The translations under genes were made by a program, and so were the position numbers. The notes below the pieces were generated by a model, which was not told where the DNA came from, searched no databases, and saw only the letters and a list, made by a program, of their open reading frames with translations. A stretch of DNA of 48,240 bases, filler included, from Circinaria calcarea (taxonomy: Eukaryota): assembly GCA_051942165.1 (NCBI GenBank). It is 2 parts of 2 records of this genome, joined end to end, with 100 filler letters (N's around TTAATTAATTAA, not from the genome) between each part and the next. Parts side by side here need not be neighbours in the genome. Positions count along the whole stretch, not along the records: positions 24,243 to 48,240 come from JAVECS010000113.1; 1 more part is not named here. One strand, written 5' to 3'. Shown piece after piece: positions 24,243-37,123 of this stretch; position 1 is the stretch's first letter; each line of letters opens with the position of its first letter.

Positions 24243-24505
24243 ATTTATTACGATTTTAATTATTTAATATAAAATTTAAATAAAAAATATAATTTTATAA
24301 TAATTTTAAATAATAATAATTCTATAATATTTATAAATCAAAATTATATATTATTAATAAAAAATAAATTTTAATAAATTTTATAATTATTTATAAAGAA
24401 TTTTTATATACGGTTAGAAATTTAAATACGATAAAATTTTGGTTCGGTTTGGAAAGTCTCGCGCCGAAGTTAACTCTTTCTATTTTGTTCCACTTCGTTT
24501 CAGGG
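24243..24505. mobile_element. AT-rich, probably RIP-degraded transposon end carrying the right copy of the inverted repeat
   Basis: 24243-24425 is almost pure A/T and rich in TpA. It ends in aaagtctcgcgccgaagtt...cttcgtttcaggg followed by TA. Confidence 0.65.
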
Positions 24506-24507
24506 TA

Positions 24508-25652
24508 ATGGCTTTTATATCGCCCCTATTATTTGCAAAATCAAAACCAGTAAACTTTTTTATTGGAGCGATTCGATGCCTAAGCTTGGCATACACACTG
24601 CATAAGCCGCCATGTCTCCATGTCAGAGGACCGGCTGCTCCGATTCTGATCCTTCACGGTTTATTCGGGTCGAAGCAGAATAACAGGAGTATTAGTAAGT
24701 AAGCGTCTTCTGCGACTGGCCATTGTTGTCAAAATGCCGATACAAGAGACAGGGCACTAGCACGGGATTTGAAAAAAAGCGTATACGCTGTTGTTCGTCT
24801 TAGAGCCGGTCTAGAGCACATAGCATCTCATTGACTGAGACATAGGACCTCCGAAATCATGGCGATTCGCCACATGACCCTACTCATAATTACCTGTCGA
24901 TGGCAGCCGATGTTGAAGAATTTATTAAAGAGCACAGCCTTACGGTGCCAGCAGTGATTGGTCACTCCATGTGGGTTAATGCCATGGGACCGATGTGGGT
25001 AAACCACCGCTAACGACCAAAGGGGCGCCAAAGTTGCCATGACCTTAGCGCTGCGATCACCGGAACTGATCTCAGCATTGGTGCCTGTGGACAACGCCCC
25101 CGTTGACGCTCTTCTCAAAAGTGATTTCGCCAAATACATAATGGCCATGAGGAAGATCGATGAAGAAAAGGTGACCAAGCAGATTGAGGCTAACGAGATC
25201 CTGAAGACCGTCGAACAGGTAATTTGTTGCCGTAGATATCCGCAGTCTCCCGCAGAGCTAATTGCAATAGAGTCTACCAATTCGACAGTTCCTTTTGACA
25301 AACCTTATTCGTCGGTCCGACTCAGGGAGCTTGCAATTTAGGATCCCGTTAAAAACGCTAGCATCAGCTTTGGACAACATGGGAGACTTCCCCTTCAAAG
25401 ACCTAGACGAAATGCACTTCAATAAACCTACACTTTTCATTCGCGGGCTTAGAAGCCACTACATTACTGACGAGATGTTGCCTGTAATTGGACGTTTCTT
25501 CCCTGGATTTGTGCTCCGGGACTTCGATTGCGGGCATTGGGTGATATCGGAGCAGCCGGAAGCTTTCCGACAAGGTATACAAATTATTCCTTACTGTTTG
25601 TCTCTTGCTGATCTATATAGCGGTTGTTGACTTTCTTCGGCACCAAGAGTAA
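24508..25652 (+). CDS. Alpha/beta hydrolase, ABHD11/YbfF-like (probably mitochondrial), multi-exon
   Basis: ILILHGLFGSKQNNRS, DLRNHGDSPH, GHSMG nucleophile motif (split by an intron), PVDNAP, PTLFIRG, CGHWVISEQP. Start at 24508 is inferred. Confidence 0.9.
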
Positions 25653-26196
25653 ACCGCATTCCAAGTAGGCTTTCTCATGATAGTTATATATTATATAACT
25701 CCTCCCTTACATTTCGATGCAGCATCCATGCCAGGGTTACCTAGTATTAAATATGTTATGAGTTATGACCTTCGAAGCTTAGGGATAGCACTTTACATTA
25801 TCATGGGATTCGGTCGAATTTTGGGGAGTTGTACCACCTGCAATGAAGTTATAGCGATCGAGTTGGTAGAATACGAACATCTGGGACTATCAAAATAGGA
25901 TTCGGGCTGTGGTTAACTATTAAGTCGAGGCAAAGATTCAGTCTTATATAGCAGGAGTTGCCGTTTAAAGATGTACGTCTTAAAATTGATGAATGCTAGG
26001 GATAGTGCATTCAATTCCTGTTTTTTAAATTGCGAGCAATGTGACTAAACTGGCTGTGGAAGGTGGTCGACCGTGCACTGGTGTGAGGAGATGCTTCAGT
26101 ATTAAATGGTCAACCACATAATTGCACCGATGAATACGACATAGCTGTTGTTCAACCGGGATGAAGGTTCCTATCTGTTGACCTAGTTTTACAGTC

Positions 26197-27196
26197 CTAA
26201 ACACTCTCCAAAACAGTTTCCTTGAATTCCCTTTCAACCTTTTGACCTTGTTCGTCGGTGTTGGATTCGCCATGTAGGTTGAGTAGGGCCCCAAGATCGA
26301 ATTTGGGTGCTTTGAGTAGCTTTACCTTTCGAACATGAACCTAGAAGATGTCAGAAAGAAATAATGTACAGTGGAGAGAGCGCTTCGAAACATACATTTT
26401 GTAGAGGGTAGATTCCTTGCGTGGCTTTTTCGATCTCGCGCCCGATAACCTCGGGGATCAGCTTGGTCGTCAGCTGTGATAGCGTGCAACTTGAAGCTTC
26501 ACGCTGAATGATTTCGACCATTTTCCTACGGATGGAGCGTATTTGAGAGGAAGCTGCGTATGTGGTTTTCTTAATCTGGTTGGGCCGGCGTTTGGTGAAG
26601 GCAATGGCAAATAGGCGGAGTAGGTAGTCATCTGTAGTTTTGACAGTTATGTTGGCCTCAATGAGGGTTTGCCACTTTCGAACGAGTGATCGGAGTTTGT
26701 CGGAGGTGAAGTCCAGACCATGGAAGTTGGTTAGACAGTTTTTGCCTTGCACCTCATCTACCCTAAGCTTAACTTTCCGGAACGCGTGGTCCTCGTCCTT
26801 TTGCAAGTCCGCCAGAGAAACCTCAAAGATCCTCCCCTTCAAAGCGTCGTTTGCATTCTTTAGTCCCGTTGTCCGATTGACGAGAGTCTTGCCAACACTA
26901 AACTGGGTCAGCTACGTATCGGCTCCAGATTCGAGACGAGCTTACTCTCGAATTTGGAACGTCGAAGGAGCCTTCAACAGCATTAATAAGACACCTGCTT
27001 TAACCATGAAGAGGTACGGACCTTGACAGAAAACCAGTCTTTACGAGTGAAGGGATCTTGTGTCCTCTTCTTGAGCCCTTTCTTACCTTTTGAAAGGCGC
27101 TTGTTCCTTGAAGCCGATTAGCTCTGTATCACTGTCGTACTTGACCGCTTCATGCGTATAGAATCGAACGAGCAGTACATACTTTCCGACCGCCAT
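26197..27196 (-). CDS. RPS1: 40S ribosomal protein eS1 (S1/S3a)
   Basis: [88 protein letters not shown]. Confidence 0.97.
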
Positions 27197-27297
27197 ATCT
27201 GTGGTGCTGTCGTGAATTTCAAGTACGACTCAAGAATCGAATAGTTCGAAGAATCAATTTGATTGTGGGGCTACTTTCGACTGGGGTGCTAAGCGAG

Positions 27298-27306
27298 TAG
27301 CCCTAA
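27298..27306 (-). promoter_or_regulatory. TTAGGGCTA element (Tbf1-type ribosomal-protein promoter motif)
   Basis: Exact TTAGGGCTA on the minus strand ~100 bp upstream of the RPS1 ATG; matches the motif known from fungal RP-gene promoters. Confidence 0.55.
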
Positions 27307-27730
27307 GGGAAGTTTTCGAAGTCGCACTATTTTTCTCCCGTGTCGGCCTTGGCATTGCCTTAGGCGCTTCCAACACTGGATTCGCATCCAATCAAATACA
27401 ATTCCACTGTGCATCGACGCCGTTGTCACGACAATCTCCTTTTAAAGCGCTCCACAAGGGTGTTGTGGAAGAAATGGATAAGGACAAAGGGCATCTACTC
27501 TCAGGCAAATAAAGTCTACCCTAGACATGCGGACCCTTTATGCAACGGGGGAATAGAGGTTGCTTGGCTCAGTCTTGTACTCCTCTTGCTGGATCTACAA
27601 CCGGCTGAGCCCCATCTTTTCATGCTCTCGCTGAGGTTTATGTTGTTACCAGGTACCAGATAGTAGAAGGTTGTCATGTAAACCTAATTACATTGCTTGC
27701 CAGTAGGAGTATGGTTGGCGCACAGCTATA

Positions 27731-28110
27731 TAGTAAACTCTGGTTATAACGAGATCTCTCGTTACACCCAGTATCTTGTTACTTCCAGGTAAGGCTGAAA
27801 CAGCCCAGGGGTAATAATGGGGTTTTATATACTGTTTATGCACAAGTCCTTAACATAATATTTACTTCATGCACAGCCTTACGCTATAATACCTAGATTA
27901 TGCACACGATTCTCTCATAATACCTAAATTATACATACTTTATACATTCTGATTATCACGAGTTACCACAAAAAAGTTGAAATTTTTAACGAGGGCTCGT
28001 AATACCGGGATTCTCGTTATTTTACTTATAAATAATATTAAATCCCCAAAAAGAACTCGTTACACCCAAGTTCTCGTTACAACTAAACTCGTTATAAGAA
28101 GAATATACTG
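27731..28110. mobile_element. 380-bp non-autonomous Tc1/mariner(pogo)-type MITE
   Basis: Flanked by TA on both sides. Left end tagtaaactctggttataacgag vs reverse complement of right end cagtatattcttcttataacgag; internal repeats of ctcgttac/ctcgttat; AT-rich, no credible ORF. Confidence 0.75.
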
Positions 28111-29146
28111 TAGTACTGTTAAGCGGTCACCACTAGATCTAGTTATTTATCGGGTCCAAACCTAATGGGGATTATCAACAACTTGATGGTTTACCTTGAT
28201 TGGGATCTATCTTCACTCCCAAAAGTTAGTATGCGTCACCGAGAATGCATTTGGTTACTACACGCTACCTCTACAAGGCAGACAGAAAGCGGTCGAAGTT
28301 CGTTGTTGAATTCTACAATTGGTGGCGCTAGCTCTCTATTCCTTGTGTGTTGCTCTGGCGCATCCTAATATCTTAGTCTCCTTCGATGGCGGCAATCTGT
28401 ATATCAGGGATCTACAAACAGACAGGAGGAATTCGCCGAAGTAGATTATGGCTCAGTATATCCGTTATTCGATGGATGGCGTGATTCAAACGATTGAACG
28501 CATAGGAGGACTTAAATATGGAGATCTTGGTTGGAAGAGAGGCTTGGGCTAAATCTACCTACTGTTTCTCCATGAAGGGTTGTAGCAAGCTCGACAATAA
28601 CGAGGAATGCGGAGACCACGATCACTCACGGTGAGTTCCAGCCCAATAATAGCTTAAATAAATCTTGAAATAGCCCTGTTGAGTTGTCATTCCAGGATAC
28701 GGTAGGGTCCTTGCAACTGGCACCAATCTTGTTTGACACAAAATTGCGGACACAAACCACAGGGAAATAACAAGAGCGGAATGACATCAAAAGGGTCAGC
28801 ATGAGATACCACGAGTGTTCCTGGCACGTGTTATAGAAGAAACAAGGTTTTGCAGTCTGCGATCTTTCATGGGATCAAGTAGGAGGAGTCAGGTTGGTAA
28901 TCATCTATGAATGATACAAGTCATGCGGATGGACGGAGCAGTACTGGTGAGGTCCCTAGAACCCGGAATCCTGCCTCTAAGAGGAGGCTCCTTTTGAAGC
29001 TTCCTATTCTAATTCTGGTACCTTCCCACAGGCAATCTTCCCGCAGACTACTCTCCACAATTTACTCGCGACGACCCGGCCCGCAAAAGCTAGGATGTGG
29101 TGTGGTTTTCAATCTTTAAAGAGTATGTGTTGTGTTGAATGTTAGA

Positions 29147-31276
29147 TCAATGCTGACACGGCTATTAGTGTATGTTCGGTAGAGGAAGTGCCGAATTGCG
29201 GCAGAGTTACCGACATCCACATCATCCCAAGGTCGTCCTTGCACCCCATATAGCTCCTCCATGTTCATAACTCTGCCTGTTGTGACTGTGATAGCAGTCA
29301 GTTGCCATTACAATCGAGACCATAGCTTTTCGAGTTACAATATCCTGCATGTATCTTGGCATCAATCTCAACTCGACTGTCTTCTGGAATGAGTTCTTCG
29401 GGAATCGGAATTCGTTCGAGGATAGGGATGCCCTGCTCAACAATAGCATCGTGCTTCATACTAATAAATAATTGTTGGTCAGGAATTGCAATGCGACATT
29501 TTGCAGAACGTGCAGGCAGTAAGATTACATGTACATACTTCGACATACTAAGCATCCTATCAATCTTCGTGATACCTAACCAGTGCAGAATCTACCAACT
29601 GCTGCATCAGCCATTGCGAACGTGAGCTAGGTTTAGTGGCTTTGAGTAATTTGTTAACTAACATCAGGCATAAGGGTTTGGAAGCGCATATCCTGCAGAG
29701 CATAGTAAGGTCAGTTGTTCTATCAGTGATTGACGTTCTAACCTTAACTCCCGCAATGTTCTCTGTCCGCTGGAAGTATTCGCTCGCACCTATGACGAAT
29801 TAGACGATGATCCGGGAGTATCAAGTTGCATACGTACGATCTGTACCACGTTTACCTGAGGAGGGGCTGTTTAGTGCATTATCACATAGAGGCGGATGTA
29901 CGTGAACTCACGCGCATTATAGACGAGATACTTGGTTACCTCTCCGAGTGCCCGACCTTCTTTGCGGAAATAGATGACGACACCACTGCCTCCCTTTTGG
30001 GCCTCTTTGACTGCTTCTTCAACACCGAAGATCAAGTATGGCCGGCATGTACAAATGTCAGAGCCGAAAACATCGCTGCCGTTACACTCATCGTGAACGC
30101 GGAGAGCTAATCGGACGTTTGGATCCGACATCTTGGCTGGATCTCCAAAGCAATATACCGTCAGACCTCCTATCGGTGGAAGGAAGAGTTTAATGTCGCC
30201 TCGAGTAATGAGCTCAGGGAATGATCCCCCTGTATTTTCGAATAGAGATCTTCGCAAAGCCCCTTCATCTGTCACAAGATTAGCGGAGAAGAGTCCTAAC
30301 TTCTCTGGTCTTTCTTCCCCAGCTTGGTATACCTATGCCAAATCGCTCTGCAACGCCGGGCAGATACCAGACGGGCTCAACGGCGAACTTAGTAACAGCT
30401 AGCTCTCCAGTACTATTCAAACATATCCTACCATCCGGTATGAGACGACCTGCACGAACACTCTGCTCCATTTCAGGAAGTTTCATGTGGGCTTTGGTAA
30501 TCGCTATTGTCGGCCTAATATGGATGTTTTCATCCCTGATAAGGTCTTTGAAAAGCCATGGTGCTAGGTGTCCTAGCGGATCCATGGACACAATTTTTCG
30601 GGCGTCCGACCATTGCGGAAACGGTCCTATATTGGCGGCGGGTTCCGTGTTAGTGAAATCAGGCATGTGCTCCACGTCAAGATCTTTACTCGCAACGGCA
30701 AGTGCGTGATATATCGCGTATGAGCCCCCATGAGCGCCAATTGCTACCGTACAAACTCGTTAGACTTTGATATACCTCAAGGTTTTAAAAGCACATACCA
30801 TTCCGCCGCCTGATAGTGCTCTGACTACGGGATGCGACCACCGGACCTCTGAGCTTGGGATCCGCATGGCCCCATCGCATCGCTAATGGGTCAATACCGG
30901 ATTGCCCTGGGTAGGTGGTCAAAATGATACGCGAACTTCCGCTGGATCGATTGGAGAGCGGCGGAGGCACAGCATTATCTATAGTTTCGAGTTGCTCACC
31001 GGAAGTAGTCAGCACTGAGTCGAGCTTGGGGTTGGATGTTGCGGCTTTGTCGGATGCGTAACTTGGTATTGATATCAGGGACATACGGCTATCGGGAAAC
31101 ACTTCCCCTGCAATGTCTCGTGTTTGCTTGAATTCCGAGGATACATTGATTCTTTCATTGATACTGTCTATTGCGGCAGCAAGTTGTCTATAATCCCGCT
31201 GTATTGTTTGGAGTGTGCCTTGTATCTCCTTCAAGGGGGTAATGGACACGGGGTCAATTTCGGTAGTTTCAGGCAT
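29147..31276 (-). CDS. urg1: GTP cyclohydrolase II-like protein of the Urg1/Urc1 subfamily (uracil catabolism)
   Basis: N-terminal domain IILTTYPGQSGIDP..WG..RGPVVASR..RRRNAIGAHGGSY; Zn motif RVHDECNGSDVFGSDICTCR; RKEGRALGEVTK, DMRFQTLMPD, SMSNMKHDAI, EIDAKIHAGY; many short introns. Confidence 0.92.
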
Positions 31277-31822
31277 CGTTCAGATCCCCTGTGGATGCGG
31301 AGAATCGGCAGAAACAGCTCTATTAATTAATTACAACTGGACGAGTCTGGGGCTCTGAGTGAAACACCACAACAAAGTCTCGGAATTGTAGAAATGAGTA
31401 CTATGATAGAGGAGAGTTTTGTCTAGAAACTGCGAGCTGTAAGGAGTGGAGGTTCTAGCACGGTAGATGACACTGGGGAGGTTGGCTCCTGACTAGCCAA
31501 TATGTTGTAGAATTGTTATGTTCAAGGTGTACTGTGGTCGCAGGGGAAATAATCCATAGTAGGCTTGGCAAAAAAGGTATATTTTGTATGTAACGACCAA
31601 TCATTTTCCCGGTATTTGCAGATCGTACAATAAATTATTTCCCATCTGACCACAATATGCACGTAGTACCCGATCCGCACGGCTAACCTCATGTGAACTT
31701 GTGTAGTAACAGCCATGGGCTTCTTATCGTTATCGGCAGCGCTAACCGTTGTAATTAGCGTCACTTGCGATTGAACGTCATTCGAAACTATTTTGTCCGT
31801 CTAACAAAGCAATATCATCAGA

Positions 31823-32417
31823 ATGGTAAGTAGCGTTGCCCAAATGGACACCTATTTGGCTGACGATTGTCGAAAGGGGAAACGCAAGAAGTCTTCACGA
31901 AAGCCCCAGGGGCCCAAGAAAGTTGGTGACCGGGGGTGGTTGCAAGTTAGGCTCGGGGATATTGCTTATGCGTTATAGAAAGAACCTCTTCCTACCGCCT
32001 TCCCATGCCTGTTCTGTAATCATGAAAAGTCAGTATCAGTGAAATTGGAGAAAAAGGCAGGCACAGGCGAGCTGTCCTGTAAGGTTTGCGGACAGCAGTT
32101 CCAAACTGGAATCAATTGTCAGTCAAGCCTCCTCCTGAAGCCGGCAACATCCAACTGTGGAGACGGTGCCATGTGTTGCTAACAACCAAAACCTAGACTT
32201 ATCAGCAGCGGTTGATGTCTATTCTGATTGGATCGATGCTTGCGACGCTGTTGCGAAAGAAGCGGCCGGGGCACCCAGAGACGATGCCCCTTCGTCATAT
32301 ACCCACTTGGCGACTGGTGCAGGAGGGCAAGGGATCTCGGACATGCACATTGACAGACATGAATTGGCAGCCGGAGAAGATGACGAGGACGGTCAGGGAG
32401 ACTATGACGATGACTAA
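31823..32417 (+). CDS. ELF1: Transcription elongation factor 1 (Elf1/ELOF1 zinc ribbon)
   Basis: ATG-only first coding exon, then GKRKKSSRKPQGPKK|KEPLPTAFPCLFCNHEKSV..LSCKVCGQQF..LSAAVDVYSDWIDACD and an acidic tail. Confidence 0.94.
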
Positions 32418-32802
32418 CGGCAAACCTGGCGAGAAACGGTAACATAACCAATCATCACCAGGTACACACATGTGTCCAGGGAACAAAGCTTGCAGAGTAT
32501 ATTTAGAGTGGTCCCTTGCAGTCTCTATCCAGCATGGAGAAGAGCAAACGCCATATATACCCCTAAAGACGTAAAATGCGAGATGATACCGCTAAATCCT
32601 AGCTCTATAGTCGACCAAAGTTATGGCACAATGCAATTTACAATAATTAGTTCTTATTTCACACCCGGCTCAGGTGTACCATTGCTTCCCCGCGTTAGTA
32701 TGGGGGAGATGATGTTCAAGAAATATGTTCCAATGCTTGGCTCGCAAGAACAGTACTAATCTGCCTGATTCACACAGTCGTCATGTGTGTGGAGCCCTTC
32801 CA

Positions 32803-33753
32803 TCAAAGTGTATAGAAGCGATCACCGAAGTCGCCGAGGCCAGGTACAATATAACTGGGATTATGTAAGCAACCATGATGCGGAAAACAGATTGTGGCGC
32901 TCATACTTCTTTCCGTCTAGACCTTGATCCACGAATGCAGTGACTACACGGAGTTTCGGAAAACGCCTAGCAAAATTCGTGACACCTTCTGGACTGGCAA
33001 TGAGGTTCAAAAACAAGATGCGATCTTCAGGGACGCCCCGTGATTTGAGGACATCAACAGCCATCGTGGCCGAGCCACCTACACATGTCGCATCAGTCTT
33101 ACGAGTTCCAAGAGCTCCGAACGAGTAACGAACCAGTTGCAAACATTGGGTCCAAAAGTAAAACCCACCGCTCAGCAATATCCTCTGGCAATTTGTCGTA
33201 AAACAGCCTTGGTCTAGAGGTATCCTCGTCTCTCTGTATGAGGATCTTGCCGATCCTGACTGAGCGGCAACAGTCCCGAAGACCCTGCTCCATTGCTTCT
33301 CCTGCCCGCATGATCGATACTCCGCATATCTTGCCCTGGAACTTGACGCCAGAATAAGCTCGCCCAACCGGCGTTGTGATGACGTGCTCGACGACAGGTA
33401 AATGATTGAGCCCTTCTTCAACCAAAAGTCGAATGATCCTGTTCGAATAAAAAATGAAGTCTGCCCTTTGCGTGTCTCGATCGCGAATCATTCTAATTGT
33501 CTCTGATTTAGAACAGTGGCTGCTAACCGTAAAATCCATCACCGCTGTAGAGATCTGGAGTTGTATTGACGTACGTGAGAAGCGCAATCAGCTGCGGTGT
33601 CTGCGGAAGAATATGGACATTGTCGTAGGAAATCTCTGTAGAGACTGTGGCCGTGGGCTTCTGTTCCGCAGGACGGTAATCAGGCCCAACGCAGTGTGCC
33701 GGTGAGACGACACTGACAGCAGACATCTCACTTGGATGATGCTCTTGTCCCAT
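32803..33753 (-). CDS. FUR1: Uracil phosphoribosyltransferase
   Basis: DFIFYSNRIIRLLVEEGL, GVSIMRAGEAME, IGKILIQRDE, PRPP motif VLLLDPMFATGGS, YIVPGLGDFGDR. Confidence 0.95.
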
Positions 33754-34198
33754 TGGGGTCGCGCATGGGAAATTTATCTTCGGGGTAAGGAAATTGATAG
33801 CCTCGACGACTAATACTCCGTAAGGCCGGGGGTTGAAGTTACACGCGCTAACATTTTATTTTTGAGGTGGCTCGAGTAATTCTGGAAGTTCGAATTCTAC
33901 CCGAGTATGGCGTCCAGCGGGCTGTTTTCGTCCATAAAGCACGGGGCACACAAAGCGAACGAATAGCTACAACAATGTCATTACACGAAACTCCGTTGAA
34001 AATGTAATGGTTGTAACCTTGAGAAATAAATCACTCTTCACCTTGAGTCTATCCAGTCCCGAGATCTCCTCTCGTCCACCCTCACCTCCATATTTCTTTA
34101 CATTACCCCCTTGTCACCTTAATTGGCGACAATGATCTTGCGAACCTGAAGACGTCTCGTCCCTCAATTCCTTTGACAACTTGAATCGTTTTTAAAGC

Positions 34199-37123
34199 AT
34201 GGTTGCTACTACTGGCACACATCCAAGGCGGAAACCGGCTACATATGGCAAACCGTCGCGAAATCCTATGCTAGGGTGTCGAGGTACAGCTTCGGATGCC
34301 GGCGTAGGTGATATGGGTGATGGCTCAAAGTTCTTTGAGGGGAGCATTCCTGGTAGAATCCGAAAAGAAGGCTTTATTATCTCAGGCCCCCATCGCGAGC
34401 AATGCAATCCCAAGGCCAAGAGTCAGCTTGACCTGACCGCGGAAGCGGGTATGGAAGAGGAAGGTCTGCTCTATCAGACAGCCCCAAAGAGTCTTTCCGG
34501 TTTACAGGACGAACAGGCCGGTTCGCTTTACGATGTACCTTCGTCTGGAGAGGAACAGGATTACGCATTACGAGGCGTTCCATCAAAGAAAAAGAGGAAG
34601 ATATGTAGAATCTCTGCAAGAGGTGACAGTGGTGTAGTGTATGATGATGACAGCCTGCAACGACATATTGCCGCCGAAGTTGATCACATCAATCATGTTG
34701 CTCCCTGTCCCATTGGCCTCACACGACACCACAATCCTACACGAGTCCCCGCCAGGAAGTCCAATAGTGCATCTCGCCCTAAAACAGTGGAGAGCATACG
34801 AGTTCCATCCGAAAGCTGCTTTGCGTCCTCTCCTGATGACAATCTTTGGAGAACCAAAACTAGGTCATCATCAGCTGAACACTGGATAACTAGCAAATCA
34901 GACGGAAGCCTTCCATATAAGAAGTCCAGTGACTCTAGGTCCGCCATACGGACAGCCGATGCATCTTTAATCAGAGCTAAGACACTTCCACTGGTCAGTT
35001 CTACTACCAGCGACTTGGAAACGTCTTGCCACCAAGCACATCAACGCCCTCGGGATGATTTGGAGGAGTTTCCTAGTCCAGGTGAAATTGGCATGTGGAA
35101 TTCGCAGATTACGCACCTCCCACAGAGCAGTGCACCGACCTACCCAACAAAGGACGGCTACAGCCAGAATCAGAGTGCTTGTCCAGTAGCCCCCAAATCC
35201 TTGCGTACAAAACTTGTGGATAGATTTCACCGAATGAATGAGGGTACAAGCCAGCCTGTTAAGTATGATTCTGGAGATGAAAGATTGGAAAGTAAAGATA
35301 GCGCAGTTCATATGGCTCATTCTCACGACGTGCAGCACGCAGGAAAAACAACCGAAGATGCCACTTCAGGCAGTAACCCGCATAGTCCCGGGAATAGGAC
35401 GCAAGACGTTACCCATACTGACCGTTCAAACCCAGTACCTGGCATTCATTTTGGAAGTCTGAAAGTGACATATGCTCGCCAAAGATCGTACTTGACAGAA
35501 GACGAAATCAACGTTACGGCGACGTTTTCCAAACCATCAAACCCAGATCTCATGTCAAATCTATCGTCAGCTAAGACACGCGATATCGAGATAGCATCTC
35601 AAGTCCAACCGCCACAAGATCAATATTCGGAGATGGGCGACTCTGAAGATGGTCAGAGTGGTACAATCAGAAGCATCCATGAACTACGCGAAGCCGGTGG
35701 CAATGCGCGATTAGCAGGAGAGATGGAAGCCATTCTCGAAGATATCTACGATATTCCCAGTGCACCGCTGTCTCTCCAACGTAGTAGTCTTCTAGAGCTC
35801 GCAATGAAGCTAGAAAAATCCTCGTTCCGCCGATCTTTCATCGATCGTGGTTTGGAAGGTCGTCTCTTGGCTCGTATCGGCTGCTCTCCTGATACGATCG
35901 TAAATATGCTCCTTATGGTGTCGTTCGTCTACATACTCGCCGAGCCTGGTTTGCCACATACTCTAGATTCGATCAACAATCAACGGACTGTGGATTACTT
36001 GGGCAGTTACCTAAAGCTCACGGATGACCTCGTTCTGACCGCTTCGAGTCGCAAGTCGAATCTGTCTAAGGCGAAGCAGTTGGACATTTCAAGATTGTGC
36101 GACTCTCTTTTGGGATCCCCTGTTTGGACGAGTGGTCGGCCACTACATGTCACAGCGCGGAACCTATCCCTACAGTGCCTGGAGTATCTCGTGCGACATG
36201 TGCGAGAAGCGGGTTGTGCATCTGGTATGCTATCACAAAATATAACAACGGCACTTGTGGATATAATGGTTCCGTCTATACCACACTCCATATCTGCAGG
36301 TACCGCTCTAGAATTACAGCTCGCAGTATCCATACTCGAGTCTACTATAGCATCTCGTGGAGCCGCGAACTACGTCGAAACGGTATGGACGAGCGAATCC
36401 ACCACCAAGATAGCCCACCTTCTTTCCATCATTCAAACATGGTCAGGATACGGCTTCGGAAGATTGCGGACATCGGCGCTTCGGCTGTCTTTGAACCTCA
36501 CGAATAACAACCTCTCACCATGCGAAGCCTTCTCGAAGCCCGAAATGATAAACGCGACCATGGCTGTCATAATATCGGGCTTTCACCGTCTATCATCAGA
36601 ATTGCCAGCGAATGATCAAATGGAGGTCATCGATAATCTTATCCTGGCGCTAGGTCTCCTAATCAACCTTGCAGAATGGAGCGAAACCGCTCGAATGCTC
36701 TTTGTCACCACACACATCGATGGAAAAGTCTCGCTGGATGCGTTGTTATACCTTTTTCAAGCCAATGCAATAAAGATCTCCGAAGTACTGTTATTGCTGT
36801 TCCTAGGTCAGCTCTGAGCGGTAAGCTAACATGAATAGGCGACCTCTGAGCACGACATCATATGCAACGTGGCCTTTGGATACCTTTCTGTGCTCCTTAG
36901 TCACCTAAGCCTCAACAAACTGATTAACGAGCGGGTATGCTCACAGCTGCAAGGAGGTACGTTACAGCAACTGCTCAGGGCAGTCGAGGAGTTTATCCAG
37001 TACCATCGACAAGTTGAGGACGAGATCTGTCATGTCGAGCGAGCTGTTGATCTCAAAGCCGGCTTCACCAATCGTCTACAGGCAGTGGTAGATCGGCTTC
37101 GACGGGAAGATGTTGCAGCATGA
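34199..37123 (+). CDS. wpl1: Wings apart-like cohesin release factor (Wapl/Wpl1)
   Basis: Long disordered N-terminus with TYG and VTYARQRSYL, then the SIHELREAGGNAR motif and a helical domain (LRLSLNLTNNN, LILALGLLINLAE, AFGYLSVLL); one intron at ~36785-36838. Confidence 0.85.

Noticed and set aside
452..33753. Functional link between the nickel transporter (urease cofactor) and the urea-producing URC genes
   Set aside because: They are ~27 kb apart, separated by many unrelated genes and an artificial gap.
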